Both the position numbers and the translations under genes were made by a program. This document shows, piece by piece, positions 37,770 through 52,252 of a DNA stretch of 64,000 bases. The stretch is from Antedon mediterranea. Its lineage: Eukaryota > Animalia > Echinodermata. Location: the NCBI RefSeq assembly GCF_964355755.1, contig NC_092676.1:11447888-11511887 (forward strand). The letters run 5' to 3'. Positions within the stretch are counted from its first letter, which is position 1. Each line of letters opens with the position of its first letter. The notes under the pieces are model-generated. The model saw only the letters and a list, made by a program, of their open reading frames with translations, ran no database searches and was not told the DNA's origin.

Positions 37770-38154
37770 CTAAAAGGTCCATTTGTCGATCTTCAAGCAT
37801 TTATTTTGTTCGTTATCACGTTGTTTACTTCAAGCTCCATTTTTCGTCGACTTGTTTCGTTGTACCAGGCGTCTCTTTGTTATTTCAAAAGATGGAGATA
37901 GCAGAGGTAGACTGCACAGAGAGACAGACGTTACACGACACATGGATGATGAAGTCTACCCAAACTATCACGTGTTGTGCGCTGCACAAACGACCACGTA
38001 GCCGACGGTCGGCTAATTACCGGGATTGTCTATTTTTCGATAGGGGTGTACTTTTCAGATTAAAAAGAAACATTATAGTATCTTCGATGAATTTAATCTT
38101 ATCAAAATCAAAAATGTATGCGTTATGCATTTTAGAGTCTTTCAATTTAATGTA

Positions 38155-40207
38155 CAGTACCGGACAGAATTATTGCAGATTTTGAACGCATTCAACGCAT
38201 TGTTAAAGTGTTGACAACGCGTTGAAACTGCGTTGTCCGTTGGCGTTGAAAGTGTTGAGTTCGTTGAACTGTTTATTCAACCAACACAATGTGTTGCGTT
38301 GAGTTTGCGTTGAAATAACGAACAATCGGATTCGTATGGTATTTACAGATTGCCAGTGTGTATTAGTAGTAGTAGTAATAGTATAAAATACCGTATTACA
38401 AATATTTAAGAAAACAAACATAATGTGTATTTTTCCGCGGAAACCTAGCTTAATATATTACACTAGGCTAGGCCTACTACTAACGAGTAGGCCCCGTGTG
38501 TATATGAGCCGCGTCTGCCATCGCAGTTAAAAGTAGTGGTCATGTCCTTAATTACTGTGTGCCTATATTAACTGGAGTATTAAATACCAAAGTTAAGGCG
38601 GCGGTGAATCTTGGAGGCTAGGTCACATCGTAATTAATTATTTCCAAACTAAAAACTTCGCAGTACTGTACTACATTTTTCTCGATTATTTATAAAAACA
38701 ACGTAGCCTACACCCGCCGCCATGGAAGGCAACAATTCACCACCAACATAACGATCCAGCATGGTCGTCGTCTTTTTCACGCATGCTTTTCGTGACGTGA
38801 GGGACGAACTGATCGAAAGGTGAAGAGTTCATTCATTATGAAATAACGCGTAATTAAAAGGGAAAAAATCGTTTAGTTTTATTATTATCCATAAATATAT
38901 CATTATCATGTATTATATTATAAATTAATTATTGTGATGCCTAACGTAACCCATGCAGAGAAAAGCGTTAAATATAATAACCAAGAAATAGGAATGACCA
39001 ATTTGATGACAATAGGCAATTTTAGGCGTTTTCTTTAAAATCAAAACCTGTGCCATACCATATTATTCACGCCAAGGTGTAACCCACAAATATTTGAATA
39101 ACCAAACAATTCAGAATAAAGAACCACTTTATTCTGATGCAAGACAATATATTATTACAGGCGAGGTTTAGGCGTTTTCTCTGTAACATACTATTGTTTT
39201 GTTTCTTAATATAATTATATTGGCCTCCTCCTGAAACTGTATGAATGGGATGGGAGTTGCGAGAATATGCGAGCGAACAGCCAACATTTAAATCAGTTTA
39301 CAGTGTGATGCTTTTCAAAACGCGCAACGTTTTCAACGCGTTCAACGCTATGGGATTCAATTGTTTAACGTCGTCAATGAACGGTCAACGGGTTCAACAC
39401 ATTCAACACGCTCTATTGTTAACGTATTCAAAACGCTTTTTGTACTTAAAAATGTAATGTTGTTCGATTTATAAAGATTTAAATTGGTTCATGGGTGTCG
39501 GACACGTCAAATTTTTTAGTTCTTTCAAATTACATTACAACAAACAATGGGACAATTATAAAATAAAAACCAAAATAGAGAAACAATATTTTAACTTTAT
39601 CTCTTGAATCTCGAACAGCTAAAAAATGTAGGCCTAAATAAAATTAATTACTTCGTCGTCATTAACGATCGTTAAATACGTCATAACACACGTGGTGTTT
39701 TTCTTGAGGAAACCAGGGTGGCGGCCTCGTGTGTTGATGTCAGTAATTTCCACGTTGTTTGATTTTACGACGTGAGATCGTGTTTTCCCCCGGAAGGCCT
39801 ACAGTACAGTGTTAACTGTTAGACTTGGCATCAACCTTATTATTCGATGTTTTCCTTCACTAAACACTGGGAAATATCACTGTGTGTTTTACTTGGTAAC
39901 TGTCCGTTCAATACTTAAAAATATATCTAAGCTTCATATATATTTTTTATTTATATTAAAATATCTGGTAGTGACTGCCGATAGGTATTTTGCCTGTTGT
40001 TGTTACTGATCGTTCAGGCGTGCAATCGGCCAGTCTAGCGCTGCAGCAGCTAGCGTTGAAATAACTAATTGTTTACTTGACATGCTGATAATGACTTTCG
40101 TTGAATAAACAACTAAACGTTGAAAGCCGTTCAACGCAACGCAAACACAACGCAACGACAACGTGTTGAATGCGTTGGGATTTTTGCAATAATTCTGTCC
40201 TGTACTG
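38155..40207. mobile_element. TA-flanked Tc1/mariner-like non-autonomous element with CAACGC/GCGTTG subterminal motifs
   Basis: ta|CAGTACCGGACAGAATTATTGCA ... TGCAATAATTCTGTCCTGTACTG|ta. Confidence 0.75.
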
Positions 40208-42869
40208 TAGTTTCATATTTTACCCGTAAATAAACTTCCCTCATGCGTCAGTGTAAACAAAATAACATGCGGGAAATGGTAGAGTCTAACTGGGATTTAG
40301 CAAAACACACACGTGCATCTGACGGCCGCCGGCTTCTGTGTTGTTGTGTAAATAAATAATAATCGGGATAAATTTCTCGCCCAGCCAGAAAACGCTTCGG
40401 CGCAGCCTTGAGGGATGGAAAGACGTGTACTCTGTGCTTTGGCCTATATTATCTTACGTTCAACAACGATACGAGTGGTCGTTTGCTAGAAATTTTCATC
40501 AATATTTTTAGCATAGCCTACGATATACCGTTGTTGTACATAATTTTGTAGGCCTAGGCCGGCGGTTCTGCACTTTCGCACCTCTTGAGCATACCCAATT
40601 TAAAAACATTAACCCGCTGCGCGGCGGTGATGCTGAGTGACCGTGAAGTCTAGGACACGATTTTCGCCTGGTACGCGATGGGAAGCCGTCACACACAAAC
40701 ATGACCAGCCAAGCGTAAAAAACAAAAGTAACATAGCGTTCAGGGGATTTCAGAAAAATGTAAAATGTTTCTTATTAAATTGATAACTGTATGAATGCTG
40801 TATGATTAAAAACAATTTGAACAATTGTTTTGATCATGTAAAAAAAATACAAAAAGAATATTATTTTTTTTAATCATACAGTGATTTTAGGCATGGTTCT
40901 TTATCTCAATGCCTTACAAAAATGTTCAGGGAACAGTGTATAGACCTGTTGACATAGATAAATTGACTAAAATGTTTTTACCATTATATTTCAACAATTT
41001 TAAATTTTGGCTAAAAACCGATTCATTTGGCTAAATAAGAAAATTTGACGTTAGCCATTTTGGCTATAGATAAACTGATTTGACTAAAAAAAATATTTTG
41101 ACTTTCGCCAAATGGCTAAACAAAATGAAATGTTAGTGCTACCCCAGCGTGTGGAAACTCTCCTTGTTGGTGAGCCTTCTGATTAAATTGCAACAGTGTT
41201 TGAAATATAGGGAAAACACATAACTTCAATTTGAAACAACTCGCACAAGCAGACAATAGCGCGACCTATTTTAATCCTTTAGTCGCAACCAGAAAAATGA
41301 CCAAATACCCCTTAATTTGCAGCCCTGAACTTAACGCAACTTAACGTCGACAGGAAAACAGGCTTTAATGAATTGTAATGTGTTCTTTTAGAAAATCGTT
41401 TTTAAAAATGTTTTTTTATTTTATTGAATATTGTGCAAGTTTTTGAAAAGATTGGCATGCCACTGTTTAAAGTTTTGAAAATAATAAATAATAATGTAAT
41501 ACTAGTTAAACAAGTAGACGTGCCTATTGCATATTTTTTAATCACAGTTAATTACGAAACTCGTTCTATACCTGCTTAGGAGGTTTATGCAATAAGGCGT
41601 CATGTCCAAATGTTTTCAAACTGACAAAGCGCGTTAATCGCGTTTCCTTTTGTTTTAGCGTTAGCGTGAAAATTCTAAAATTGTCAGACCATTTGGAAAA
41701 TGGACAATATGCATAGCTTGTAATAGTTCCGCCCACTAACATGCTTGACTGATTTTTACGAATCGTTTAACGTCATTGCGAATCGCTTCGTGAACGTCGT
41801 TTAACGATGAGTCATCACAAACAGGCCCAAACACTTCGTTTCAGTTTGCCTTTTAATTAAGAGAGTTTGTAGCTGAATTGTATTCCAGGGGTGCCGATCT
41901 CAAACATCATTCTAAAATGTTTATAAGTTCGTAACCTCAATAAATAATTTAATATTAATAATAAACAGGGGCCTGGAATGTTTTTGAGTTGCTTTTTTTT
42001 ACATAGCTGATTGAAAATATCATTAGGAAGTTCATACGATGAACTAAGCACCTGAGACAATAGCAACACGATGTGCCATGCCACCGGTGAACTATTCACA
42101 TCTCACTTCTAAATGCATTAGCGAACGTCTACAGTAGCCGATCGATAAAAATAAGGTCTTCTAAAAATAGCAGCAGTGAATGCTCGGCCGACCGTCGGTG
42201 TTCGCGCGCTCATAGATTGCAGGCCGACAACATAAGGTAAACAAGTACCTAGATGTTGGTCACGCGATATCCTCTTTCTCCTCCTGTTCACAGCGCTCAC
42301 ATGTTTTTACTTCAAATTCTGCCGCTCGGTAATCATATTTAGATCGTTGAAAAGATGACTGATCATTAATTTAATTCATTTAATGTTTGATTCTATTTTT
42401 GTGCTTTATTTTATTTGGTTTATCTTTATAAATTTGATTGATTTATTTTAATTAAATTTTTATTGTTATATATGTCTCGTCATATTGTAACTTTGTGAGG
42501 GTCCCTATTGATCAGCTTCGGTGGATGGACCACCCTCGTAAAATATTCTTGAAAATAAATATATAAATCATTGGCTATTTTTCCGTTGCACAAGGGCCTA
42601 GTTGTATTAATAATAACAATTATTATACTTATTAAACAAGGAATTGATTTTGTATTTATTTTGTGAAGGCTTTTGAGCTTTGTCGTCGCTGTATTTTTTA
42701 ATTTGTTAACTAAGTTAGAATTTACTAGCATAATTTAATACTGTAAAACCAGACACTTTTGTGACATAGAACTTTTGCAAATTTGAAAAGTACAAGTAAA
42801 TAACTGTATACTGTAAAAAAAAGATCGCGTTAATCCATTGTGGATGCGATCTTCTTATATATCGAACAT

Positions 42870-45285
42870 CCGTCGGTCCAGAAACGATGCCCACAAAAAA
42901 GATGGTAAAACATTCATTCTAAATATACGTTCAAGTCGCTCAAAAAGATTGCCGACAGAGAAAACCGTATTAATACAGACCTGAGTTTTTTGGCATGAAA
43001 CGCGATACTACTCGATGTTTTACCTCAACCTCTAACATGATATTTTTTAACTCAGTACGGCCGGCCGTCCATTAGAGGGTGGTGGAGGCTGTGCTGACGA
43101 CAATAAAACAGTAATTAAGATCGTGTACGTGGATTTCCTCTATTTATATCTAAACTGTTCCCAGACTCCGATCCACTCGCATGTTTTTCCCACTCCAAAT
43201 TCTGGTCGGGCCTTTTTCTTTACACAATATATTAATCATTTAAAAGGCCTATGACTGGTAAATCTTAACATGGAATATGAATTTATTTTGCATATATTTT
43301 GTTGGTGTCCTAGCCTAGGTGTCGTTGTTTTTATAATTCGCTAACCCACGGTAGGATTAAATAATTTATAGTGTAGGCCGCCGAAACTAGGCTAGCCTGA
43401 ACTCTCTCTGTGTGAGCTGAGGTCCACGGGCCCGATGGAGTGTTGCCAAAGTGCGAGTCAACGAGGCACGCAATGCACGCATAATACACGAAATCCACGC
43501 AATGCATGCAATCCACGACGTTAATTCAACGGAAAAAATATCAACAGCGAGCGAGCCTTCGAATAATAATAAGCCTTCGTTTTCGTTAATATTTGTGTAC
43601 AATTCATACCGTATATTTCGGTGTATAAGTCGCACTTTTGACACGCAAATTTGACCTCTAAATTAAGGGTGCGGTGCGTCTTATACACCGAACATAAATG
43701 CCTCACCACACAGATTGTACATATAGGCCTAGGCTATCGTCACCTCGTTTGCTAGGCCTGAGTAGGCTAGGCCTAGCTACAGTAACTAACTAACGTAACG
43801 GCAACCTGCTTCTGCCTAGTTTTCAAGGCATTTTAGCATGATGTTATACTAAATATGATGAAAAGATTTGTTCATTATGGCGATAAAATTTCATTTGTAA
43901 ACGTTTACGTACGATTGGAATAGTATTTATTTATACAGTAGTTATACGCACGATCGCAAGCCCTCTTGGCGGCCACATGGTGTACGGTATTCGACTAGTA
44001 TATTCTCCAGGTGATTATAGCATGGACCTAGCGTGTACACTTCAATTCTCGGATACATACATAGATACTAATCGAATACGATTGTCCGTGAAAACGTGCG
44101 CCCTCTCGAAATGATCGAGCGAGGCTAGCCCACACGTACATGTTACACACACGGTCATGCACTCGATGTTGCGGCTGTTGAGGCTGGGCGCGGCCGAGCC
44201 TAGGTAAGAAAAAACCTAAATAAAGGACGCCGTTGCAGATATAACAAAATATATTATTACAATAATATTGATTACAATTTAAAAAAACATTGTTTTGATG
44301 AAATATAAGGTGCGTCTTATACACCGACGATATAAAAAATACCGATATTTTACTCTCAGTCTCAGTTAGGGGGTGCGTCTTATACACAGGTGCGACTTAT
44401 ACACCGAAATATACGGTAAACATTTATGAATCACTCAATTTCGAATATCCAAATGCGACTTCGATGTTTACAGTTAGTTTTAGGTGGTGCCTGGTCACCG
44501 TCTGAGAAGCCTGGCTAGCTAGCTTAGGCCCTATATAGTATACTGTAGCCCGCCCGCCGGGGAGTAGAGAGGCTATTCGCTGTATGCCTAGTACGCTCTA
44601 GGCCTAGCAGTAGCTTCTATATCAACGCTGTCAATGGACGAAATACAGTAGATTACAGATATTTTAAATCTAAGTCTTGTGAAACGTATTTTTTTCAACA
44701 AAATATCATCCAGTAGGAAGCCCTATATTGTATTAGGGGCTAGACTAGGCCTGGGCTGTGTGGTGGGCTACCCGTGTGGTGGGCCGGCGGGGGACATTTT
44801 GAAAAAAATGACTACAGTACAAGCGAGACCAACAAGAAGGGAGCAGCAGGCAGGCTTGACTTTATTTTAGTAGTAGTACTGGTAGGGTATGTTTAGAACA
44901 ACATAACATAAAATAATGATTTGATTTTATAATTACTCCTCTCTAATGTTTCATATGAACATACTTATATTAAATTATTTTATATGTTTTATGGTGCCTC
45001 GCACTTTTGGTACAATAGTGCAGTTACACTTCGTACTGACTCGCTTGAATTGCAATTAACATGGTCACGTGGGCCGTTGACTCCACTGACTCCAATGAAT
45101 CCATGGCTTGCAGTTTGTCAATACCCGGCCCGATGTCGTCTCGTCGGCTGATGTTTACGGCCAAATTAGGATAACTGATGCGTAGGGCGGCTACAAAAAT
45201 TGACGTCTTCCAGCTTTAAATAGGATTTTAATTAGCGAACAATACATTGTTTGTGTGTATTGTCCATGCTTCTAAAGGCGATGAC
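42870..45285 (-). mobile_element. Third fragmented copy (inverted) of the 21157-23401 family
   Basis: 42930-43435 and 45127-45285 are reverse complements of parts of 21750-22320. Confidence 0.7.
43609..44416. mobile_element. Tc2/pogo-like MITE with TA TSD
   Basis: ta|CCGTATATTTCGGTGTATAAGTCGCAC ... GTGCGACTTATACACCGAAATATACGG|ta (perfect 27-bp TIR). Confidence 0.9.
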
Positions 45286-47014
45286 ACATAGACATTTTAA
45301 AACAAACGACGTTTAACGGTAACACGCGTCTAACGGCAAAACAATTACAGTGGGCGGTGGGCGGTACAATACTAAATGCATAAGGGGCCGTGTCAAAATT
45401 ATATTACTCCGTGTAACGCGGTGCACCGCGGTTAACGTTATCCTGTGTATTACAATTCGTTAATGAGGTGGGTGTAACCATGTTCATTGAAGCGTTAAGT
45501 ACTTAACACTACTAACGTTTTGCCTCATTCATATTCATGAGGTAATTACGGATTCGTTTGCTCTGTTTACTGTAATAAAAAAACGGTTTGAACATTTTGT
45601 AATACATTATACGTTATGTGTGTTGTTTCCACTGTTTCCAAATTTAGGGGAATTCCAATTTTTTTAGGCTGAATTATTTTTTTTTCAGCAACAACACGCG
45701 GTATAATGTAGTACAGTAGAGTATGCTGTAGTAACATCTGTTCAGTGGACACGGGAATTCCCATTTGTGCTGCAAGGCTCTGGCTATACGTACATACTGT
45801 ATACAATGTTATTCTTAGTATAGTAAAGTGCAGTAATGATTTTTTTAAACATTAAAATACAGTTACATATTTTATCTATATTTTCATTGTAAATACAATA
45901 AAAAATCACAATTTTCCCACGGTCTTTCACATTTTCCCACGGTGATCCCAGTAGGCCTACTGCACGCATGGTCCTAAAAGGGCTTTATACTTAAATGTAG
46001 GCTTTCTTTTTTTATTTAAAATAAACCTATGATCATGGTATACAATAGTGTGTACGTGTATTTAATGCGAACGATCTTTGTAAAAAACAATTCCATAAGT
46101 AAGAAACTACCATGTGTGTGTTCGTGAGCCGCACGATCAATCGTTGGAAAAACAATTCCGAGCGAGCCGAACGACTGTTGTAGAAATTCCATTTGATGTA
46201 CACGCACCCATCTGGTAAGAAATTACCACGTGCGTTCACCATGCGAGTTTTTGTTATCCGAACGTACGCCGAACGACTGTTATGAAATTCCATTTGATGT
46301 ACACGCACCCATCTGGTAAGAAATTACCACGTGCGTTCACCATGCAAGTTTTTGTTATCCGAACGTACGCCGAACGACTGTTATGAAATTCCATTCACTA
46401 ACACTGTCAGCAGTAGGCTACAGTATTGCGCTAGCCCAGTGGCGATCACGTGTGTTTCGCGCTCTAGTCGAATTCTCTGGATAGAAGAAATAGAAAAAAA
46501 AATTACCATTTTCTACAAGATATTTGTGTAAAGTCAATCGCGATGCAATTATTTTATTTATGATTTTTAATGAAAAAAAAAAAAAAAAAAGTACACGAAT
46601 ATTTTTTTCAGAATTAGGCCTATATTTTTCACCTAATAATATTAGCACCGTCGTCTTGTTCATTTCGCTAGCCTAGTCAACAACGTCATGCGTGTATATA
46701 CCACCAACGACATCGCGCTATATTTAGACGTTGACAGGGTTTGCCCACTGTCTGGTCATGAAAGCGTACGGCTTGTTTTTGAACGTCTAATGGTATAAAT
46801 AATAGTAACAGTGTAATAAAATTAGGCAGGATATTTATTGTTTAAAAAAGGCTTGCATTAATTTCAAAAATCAACGGAGCGTATCTCCTGTTTCTGCTGT
46901 ACTACTCATGAATATTCATTTGCTTACTAACGCAATCAACGAAATCCGCAAGTTTATGCATAATCGAACATCCGTTAGGAGCGTTAGTGCGTTAACCGCG
47001 GTAAAAAAAAGAAA

Positions 47015-48940
47015 AAGGCCAAACTTTTCACTCTCCCTTCTTACTTTTTCAACCAGACCTTCCATTTCCTGTGCATTATCTGTTAATAAAGTAGTATCAT
47101 CAGCATACCTTATATTATTTATAGTTCTGCCACCAATAGATATTCCACTATTGCAGTTTTCTAGAGCCAATCTCATAATATATTCTGCATAGACATTAAA
47201 CAAGTGCGGAGACAGTATGCAACCTTGTCTCACCCCTTGTTTTATTTTAAGCCAAATACTGTCGCCGCATGCAGTCCTCACAGCAGCTTCCTGGTTATCA
47301 ATGACCTGAGGAGTTCTACTACATGCCTTGGAAAGCCCATTGCTATTAAAATATTCCAGAGTCTTTGATGCTGGACCGTATCAAAAGCTTTTGAATAGTC
47401 AATAAAGCACATATATAGCGGACGGTTAAATTCTATAGCTCTTTCCATTATATTTCTAATATTTGATATTTGGTCTCTTGTACCTCTTTCTTCCACAAAA
47501 CCTGCTTGTTCTTGAGGAATTTCACGACGAATGTATTGTTTAGTCCTCTCAACAATTATGTACAGCATAATCTTACTCGCGTGTGATATCAGAGAGATAG
47601 TCCTATTGTTTTTGCATTCTCTTGTATCTCCTTTCTTGGGGAGCGGTATAAATATTGATCTAGCCCAATCAGTCAGCCAGCTCTTATCGGTCCATATTAA
47701 GTTACATAGATTATGCATTAAAGTGATACCTTCACCCCCTGTCTCCTTAAGAAGCTCAGCTGGAATATCATCATGTCCAGGTGTTTTCCCATCCTTAATT
47801 TTCTTTATTGCAAATTCCACTTCTGATCTTAGTATATTTGGTTCATGTTGATCTATCTCAATTGCTTTTGTAACTTGATCTGCATCTTTACTATCATACA
47901 ACCTTTGACAATATTCTTTCCACCTATCCTTAATTTGGTGACTCTCGGTTAGAATCGCACCGTCCCCATCTTTAATAACATTTGATTTTACAACCCTCTT
48001 GCCAGTAATTTCTTTTACAGCTTTAAAGAAGTCTCTAGAATGATTGTTAACGAAATGAGTTTCAACCTCCCTGCATTTTCTTTCAAGGAAGGTCCGTTTA
48101 TCTTGTCTAGTAACACGTTGGATACTTTTACTAATATGTTTATATTGACTGCGGTCTCTCTCATTGTGTAAACCATTTGCTTTTATTTGCCGCCTCTCAT
48201 CTGCCAGTGCAACCACCTTGTCCGATATCCAAGGGGCTCTGCATTTCTTTAGTTTTGGTAAATTTTTCCGAGCTGCTAATGAGATTGCATTTTTTGTCAA
48301 CTCCCACAATTCATTCGGTTTCTATTTTTTTTCCTTTTAAGTATTACCTTAAAAGAGTTTCTGACTTCTGCTCGATATTGGTCATTTATTTGTTTAACAT
48401 CATATCTGTGTGGTGTGGTAGAGAGTCTCGTTTTACTATCTTTATTTTGCAACGGATTTCAGCAGTTAAAAGTTGGTGATCTGAGCCGCAGTCCGCTCCT
48501 GGGTACGTTTTTGCCACTTTGACACTTGATCTCCACCGATGTCTAATCAAAATGTAATCTATTTGATTTCGGTATTTTCCATCTGGTGATGCCCAAGTAC
48601 AGTATATAGTCGTCGTGGATGCTGTTGAAATAATGTATTTGTTAAAACCAGGTCATTCTCAATGCAGAAATCCAGCAGTTTTTCACCTCTCTCGTTAGCA
48701 TGGCCAAGCCCAAACCTTCCCAGTGCATGATTCTTCTCCAGGTTACTTCCAACTTTGGCATTAAAATCACCCATAATAATAACAATGTCTCTCTTTGGGG
48801 TTTTATTAATAGTTTCTTGGAGTTCTTGGTAAAAGTAATTAATTATCTCCTCATCTACTGAAGAGGTTGGCACATACACTTGAATAATTGAGATATTGAC
48901 TGGTTTTGCTATAGATAATTTGCCTTTATAAATCAATCTA
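47015..48940 (-). pseudogene. RTE-clade LINE relic (AP endonuclease plus reverse transcriptase), truncated at both ends and frameshifted
   Basis: EN motifs IIQVYVPT and IMGDFNAKVG; RT motifs IPLPKKGD..C.NNRTISLISHASKI, FIDYSKAFD, GVRQGCILSPHLFNVY and RYADD. Confidence 0.92.
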
Positions 48941-49254
48941 CCAGCCCTACAGTAGGACTATGATGTACAATGATAGATGTGAGTATAATAATGTATGGAT
49001 AATATTAATAAAGGTGGACACGATTCTCAAAGAGGTAATCTGCACTGATATTTAAACATCTATTTCGTGCCTAGCTTACCTGGATAAACCAACAATAGCC
49101 CCTTCTCCTCGAAGAGCGAGATATAACTCGAAAAGTAGAAGTTTTCATTGAATCCCCCTCTCCACAAATGGTATAGTCCATGAACTATGCCCTCAAGTGG
49201 GAGCCTGCCCACAAACCACCATCATCATTTCTTTTCGAGACATGAAAGAGTTAA

Positions 49255-50750
49255 GAGAGCCAGTCACTAAAAATCAAACATTAGGTGGCAAGGGTCAAAA
49301 TTTCGAATTGGCTCATATTTTGCACATTGGTAGACCTTGATCTAAGTAAACCTGATGTGTAGATTGTTTGGTAAAATATCGCTTAGTTTTTGAGAAAATC
49401 GAAAAATAACGATTTTCGGCCAATTTTGTTAATTTTTGGTGTATAATTTACATTAAGTTTAACAGCCTCTGGAAGCCAAACGTAGCAACCTAGCGTTTTA
49501 ATATTTTACACTTGCGTTAACTATCATCTTGACAATAATTTAGTAAAGTTTCAAAAAATTTGATGAAATTTTAAGATTTTGACTAATTAATTACTAATTA
49601 GCATATATAAAACTCTTAAAAAGTAGGGTAAAAACAAACGGTTTTTTTTTCATGTGCGACGAATTTTTGTAAAATAAAAAAGTCATCAATCTAAAGTTTA
49701 GATACTAATATTTATGAATCAAGTAAAAAAAATTTGGGGAAACTATTTTGCACTCCGCGCCAGAGCCACAAAGTTGTAAGAAATTCAAAGATTTTATCTG
49801 TCGGCAAGATCAATCAGATGTACCTATTGTTCTCTATTTAGCAATCTAAGTCGAATTAAGCCAAACTTTTATTACGAGAAACAAACTTGAAAGATAAATT
49901 TTGAATTAAGTTTCAATTTAAACACAAACTAAAAATACGTTTCTGGTAAAATTTCAATCACTAACCAATATACGAAATTAAGCAATTAACTAAAAATCAC
50001 TCACTTATTCTTTGTCAAACCACATTATTATAAATTATTCCATCCTCTCATAGTTTATAGGATAAAACTGAAAAACAAATTTGTTTTAACTTGTTATCGT
50101 TTTCCTGTTTGTCGAACCTGGTCGAACTTACTCAACGAGAATGTTTCAAAACATTAACCACAGTAGACAAAACACTTTACTGCGTATATTCGATAGATAA
50201 CGATATCTTCATTGACGTTGACAACGGAACAGATTTGTTATCCATTTTAGTTTATGTCTTACAATGTAAAGACGTGTTGAAAATAATTCTTATATATAAT
50301 TATTGTCTGATGGCTTTAATGTTCTTTTAAATCGGTTGTCGGCGGAGCTTGTGGATTCGATAGAAAAGACCGCAAACAGAGCACTGAAGTCCTACCTTTA
50401 CAAGCATGCCAGAAGGAAATCGCTGCACACAGATACATGTTTAGGTTTACAGGCATCGATAGTGAGTGGTACTATTTGTGCAGCAGGGAAATGGAAATAA
50501 AAGACGCGAGTCACATCAACAACATAGAGTATGGAAGCAGGTCCATGAAGGTGTGGATGGCGTATGGTGTTGGTGCAGGACAAAATCTACTTTTGAGTAA
50601 ATTCTGTGTGCCTTCGAAGCTACCCAATTTAATTCATAACCAAGATACAACGTCTGATTAAAATAAATCAAGTATCATCTATTGCAGTAAAAGCAAGAAT
50701 ACAAGCCAAGACATCTCATGAAGAACAAGCTGATATAAAAGACTACCCGC
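49255..50750 (+). mobile_element. Possible Sola3-like element left end with a transposase fragment
   Basis: TTAA|GAGAGCCAGTCACT terminus; ORF 50437-50661 contains INNIEY...KVWMAYGVGAG; no partner end found. Confidence 0.4.
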
Positions 50751-51354
50751 TGAAAAAAAGTTCGACGTCGAACTTGCAGTTAGTTACCGACAGTAATTCG
50801 ATAGTATTTAGACAATGCGTCGATACTAAATCGACAGTATTTTAAGGATCTTTAAACAATAGAAGCAAGCAAAAACTAATTGGATTTACTATAAATAAAC
50901 AGTTGGCACGCGCTATCCTAATTAAGGCGGTTTATTCAAAAGCAGTGTTTTCTTTGAAGAATGACAATACGCCGCCACATCGGTGACTTCCCTTACCCGC
51001 CTGATAAGATGATCCGCCCACACCATGTGCCGCATGTTGACCGACTATTAGCGTCCGATGTTTACAATTACAATCTTTGTGCGAGAAAATAAAACTTGGA
51101 CCGTTCGACGAGCCTGTACAGAGCTGACGTCTTTTTTGTATATATACAATACACGTAGGCCTAGCTTGCCGAGTACCTAGCCTACACTAGTATTAATAAT
51201 ATATTTATAATAATGTATATTAATAAAAAATATAAAAAAATATATCAAATACTGTACATCACAGGACACGGTACAGAATTCCATTACGTTCTGTATAACT
51301 CCCAACCCAACACGTTTTATTAGCAAGGGCATGCCACGTTTGCATTAGCCTGTC

Positions 51355-51374
51355 CAGGGAGTTACAACTCCCTG
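51355..51374. other. 20-bp CA..TG palindrome in a 7-bp direct repeat (putative P-type excision footprint)
   Basis: GCCTGTC|CAGGGAGTT-AC-AACTCCCTG|GCCTGTC. Confidence 0.7.
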
Positions 51375-52252
51375 GCCTGTCTATTTGCATGTTTCCTCGA
51401 TTTTCAACTTAACCACCGGCAATTACAGTATTGTGAAAAAATATATATACCCGATAACGTATACATAGTCTTACGGTTCTTTTGAAAATGTATTCATAAA
51501 CACGCCCCATATCATTATCATAACAACCCATCCTCTTTATAGTTTCGTAAAATAGTATAGTCCATTTTATAGACCTAACATGTTCCTAGCGCAGCACATG
51601 GTTTAACAGCAACGCATAGACTTCTCCCTTTTTAGCGGCGGCGTGTTAAAGACATTTTTGGCATTCCAGGAAATAGCCTATCCACTACTGCAACGTCATA
51701 CTTCGTCACTAAATTTCTGTGTTTTTTTTTTTATTTTGAGTTCGTTTGGCTCAATCTCACTCAGACCAGGGAGTTGTAAAATAAGACAATATTTTTATTG
51801 TTAACAACAAACAGTAACATAGGCCTATGTATGATTATGAAACTAATTTTAAATACATTTTGGTAATTAAACATTTATTAATTAAGTATATTTCTTCTAT
51901 CCAGAGAATTCGAGCGCGAAACACATGTGATCGCCACTGAGCTAGCGCGAAACTAGGCCTATAGCCTACTGCTGACACTGTTGATGAAAAAATGTTAATG
52001 TTTTGCCAATTTTGTCAGCAGAAACGGACAGGTACTATACAGGCATGAACACACATGTTAATTTTTTAGGGTGCGTGTGTGTACGTCAAATGGAATGTCC
52101 ACAATAATCGTTCGTTCGGCGGCGAAACTCGCATGATGAACACACATGGTAATTTCTTACCAGAGGGGCGCGTGTACATCAAGTGGAATTTTCACAGCAC
52201 TCGTTGGTTCGGGCAACAAAATCGCATGGTGAACACACGTGGTAATTTCTTA

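Larger units (their letters stand above)
34830..41327 (+). mobile_element. Second, fragmented copy of the 21157-23401 family with nested insertions
   Basis: 34830-35580 matches ~21450-22205; 41190-41327 matches ~23235-23401, including TTAATTTGCAGCCCTG. Confidence 0.75.

Noticed and set aside
37745-38185. 146-aa ORF as a host gene
   Set aside because: It spans the junctions of different mobile elements and has no recognisable domain.
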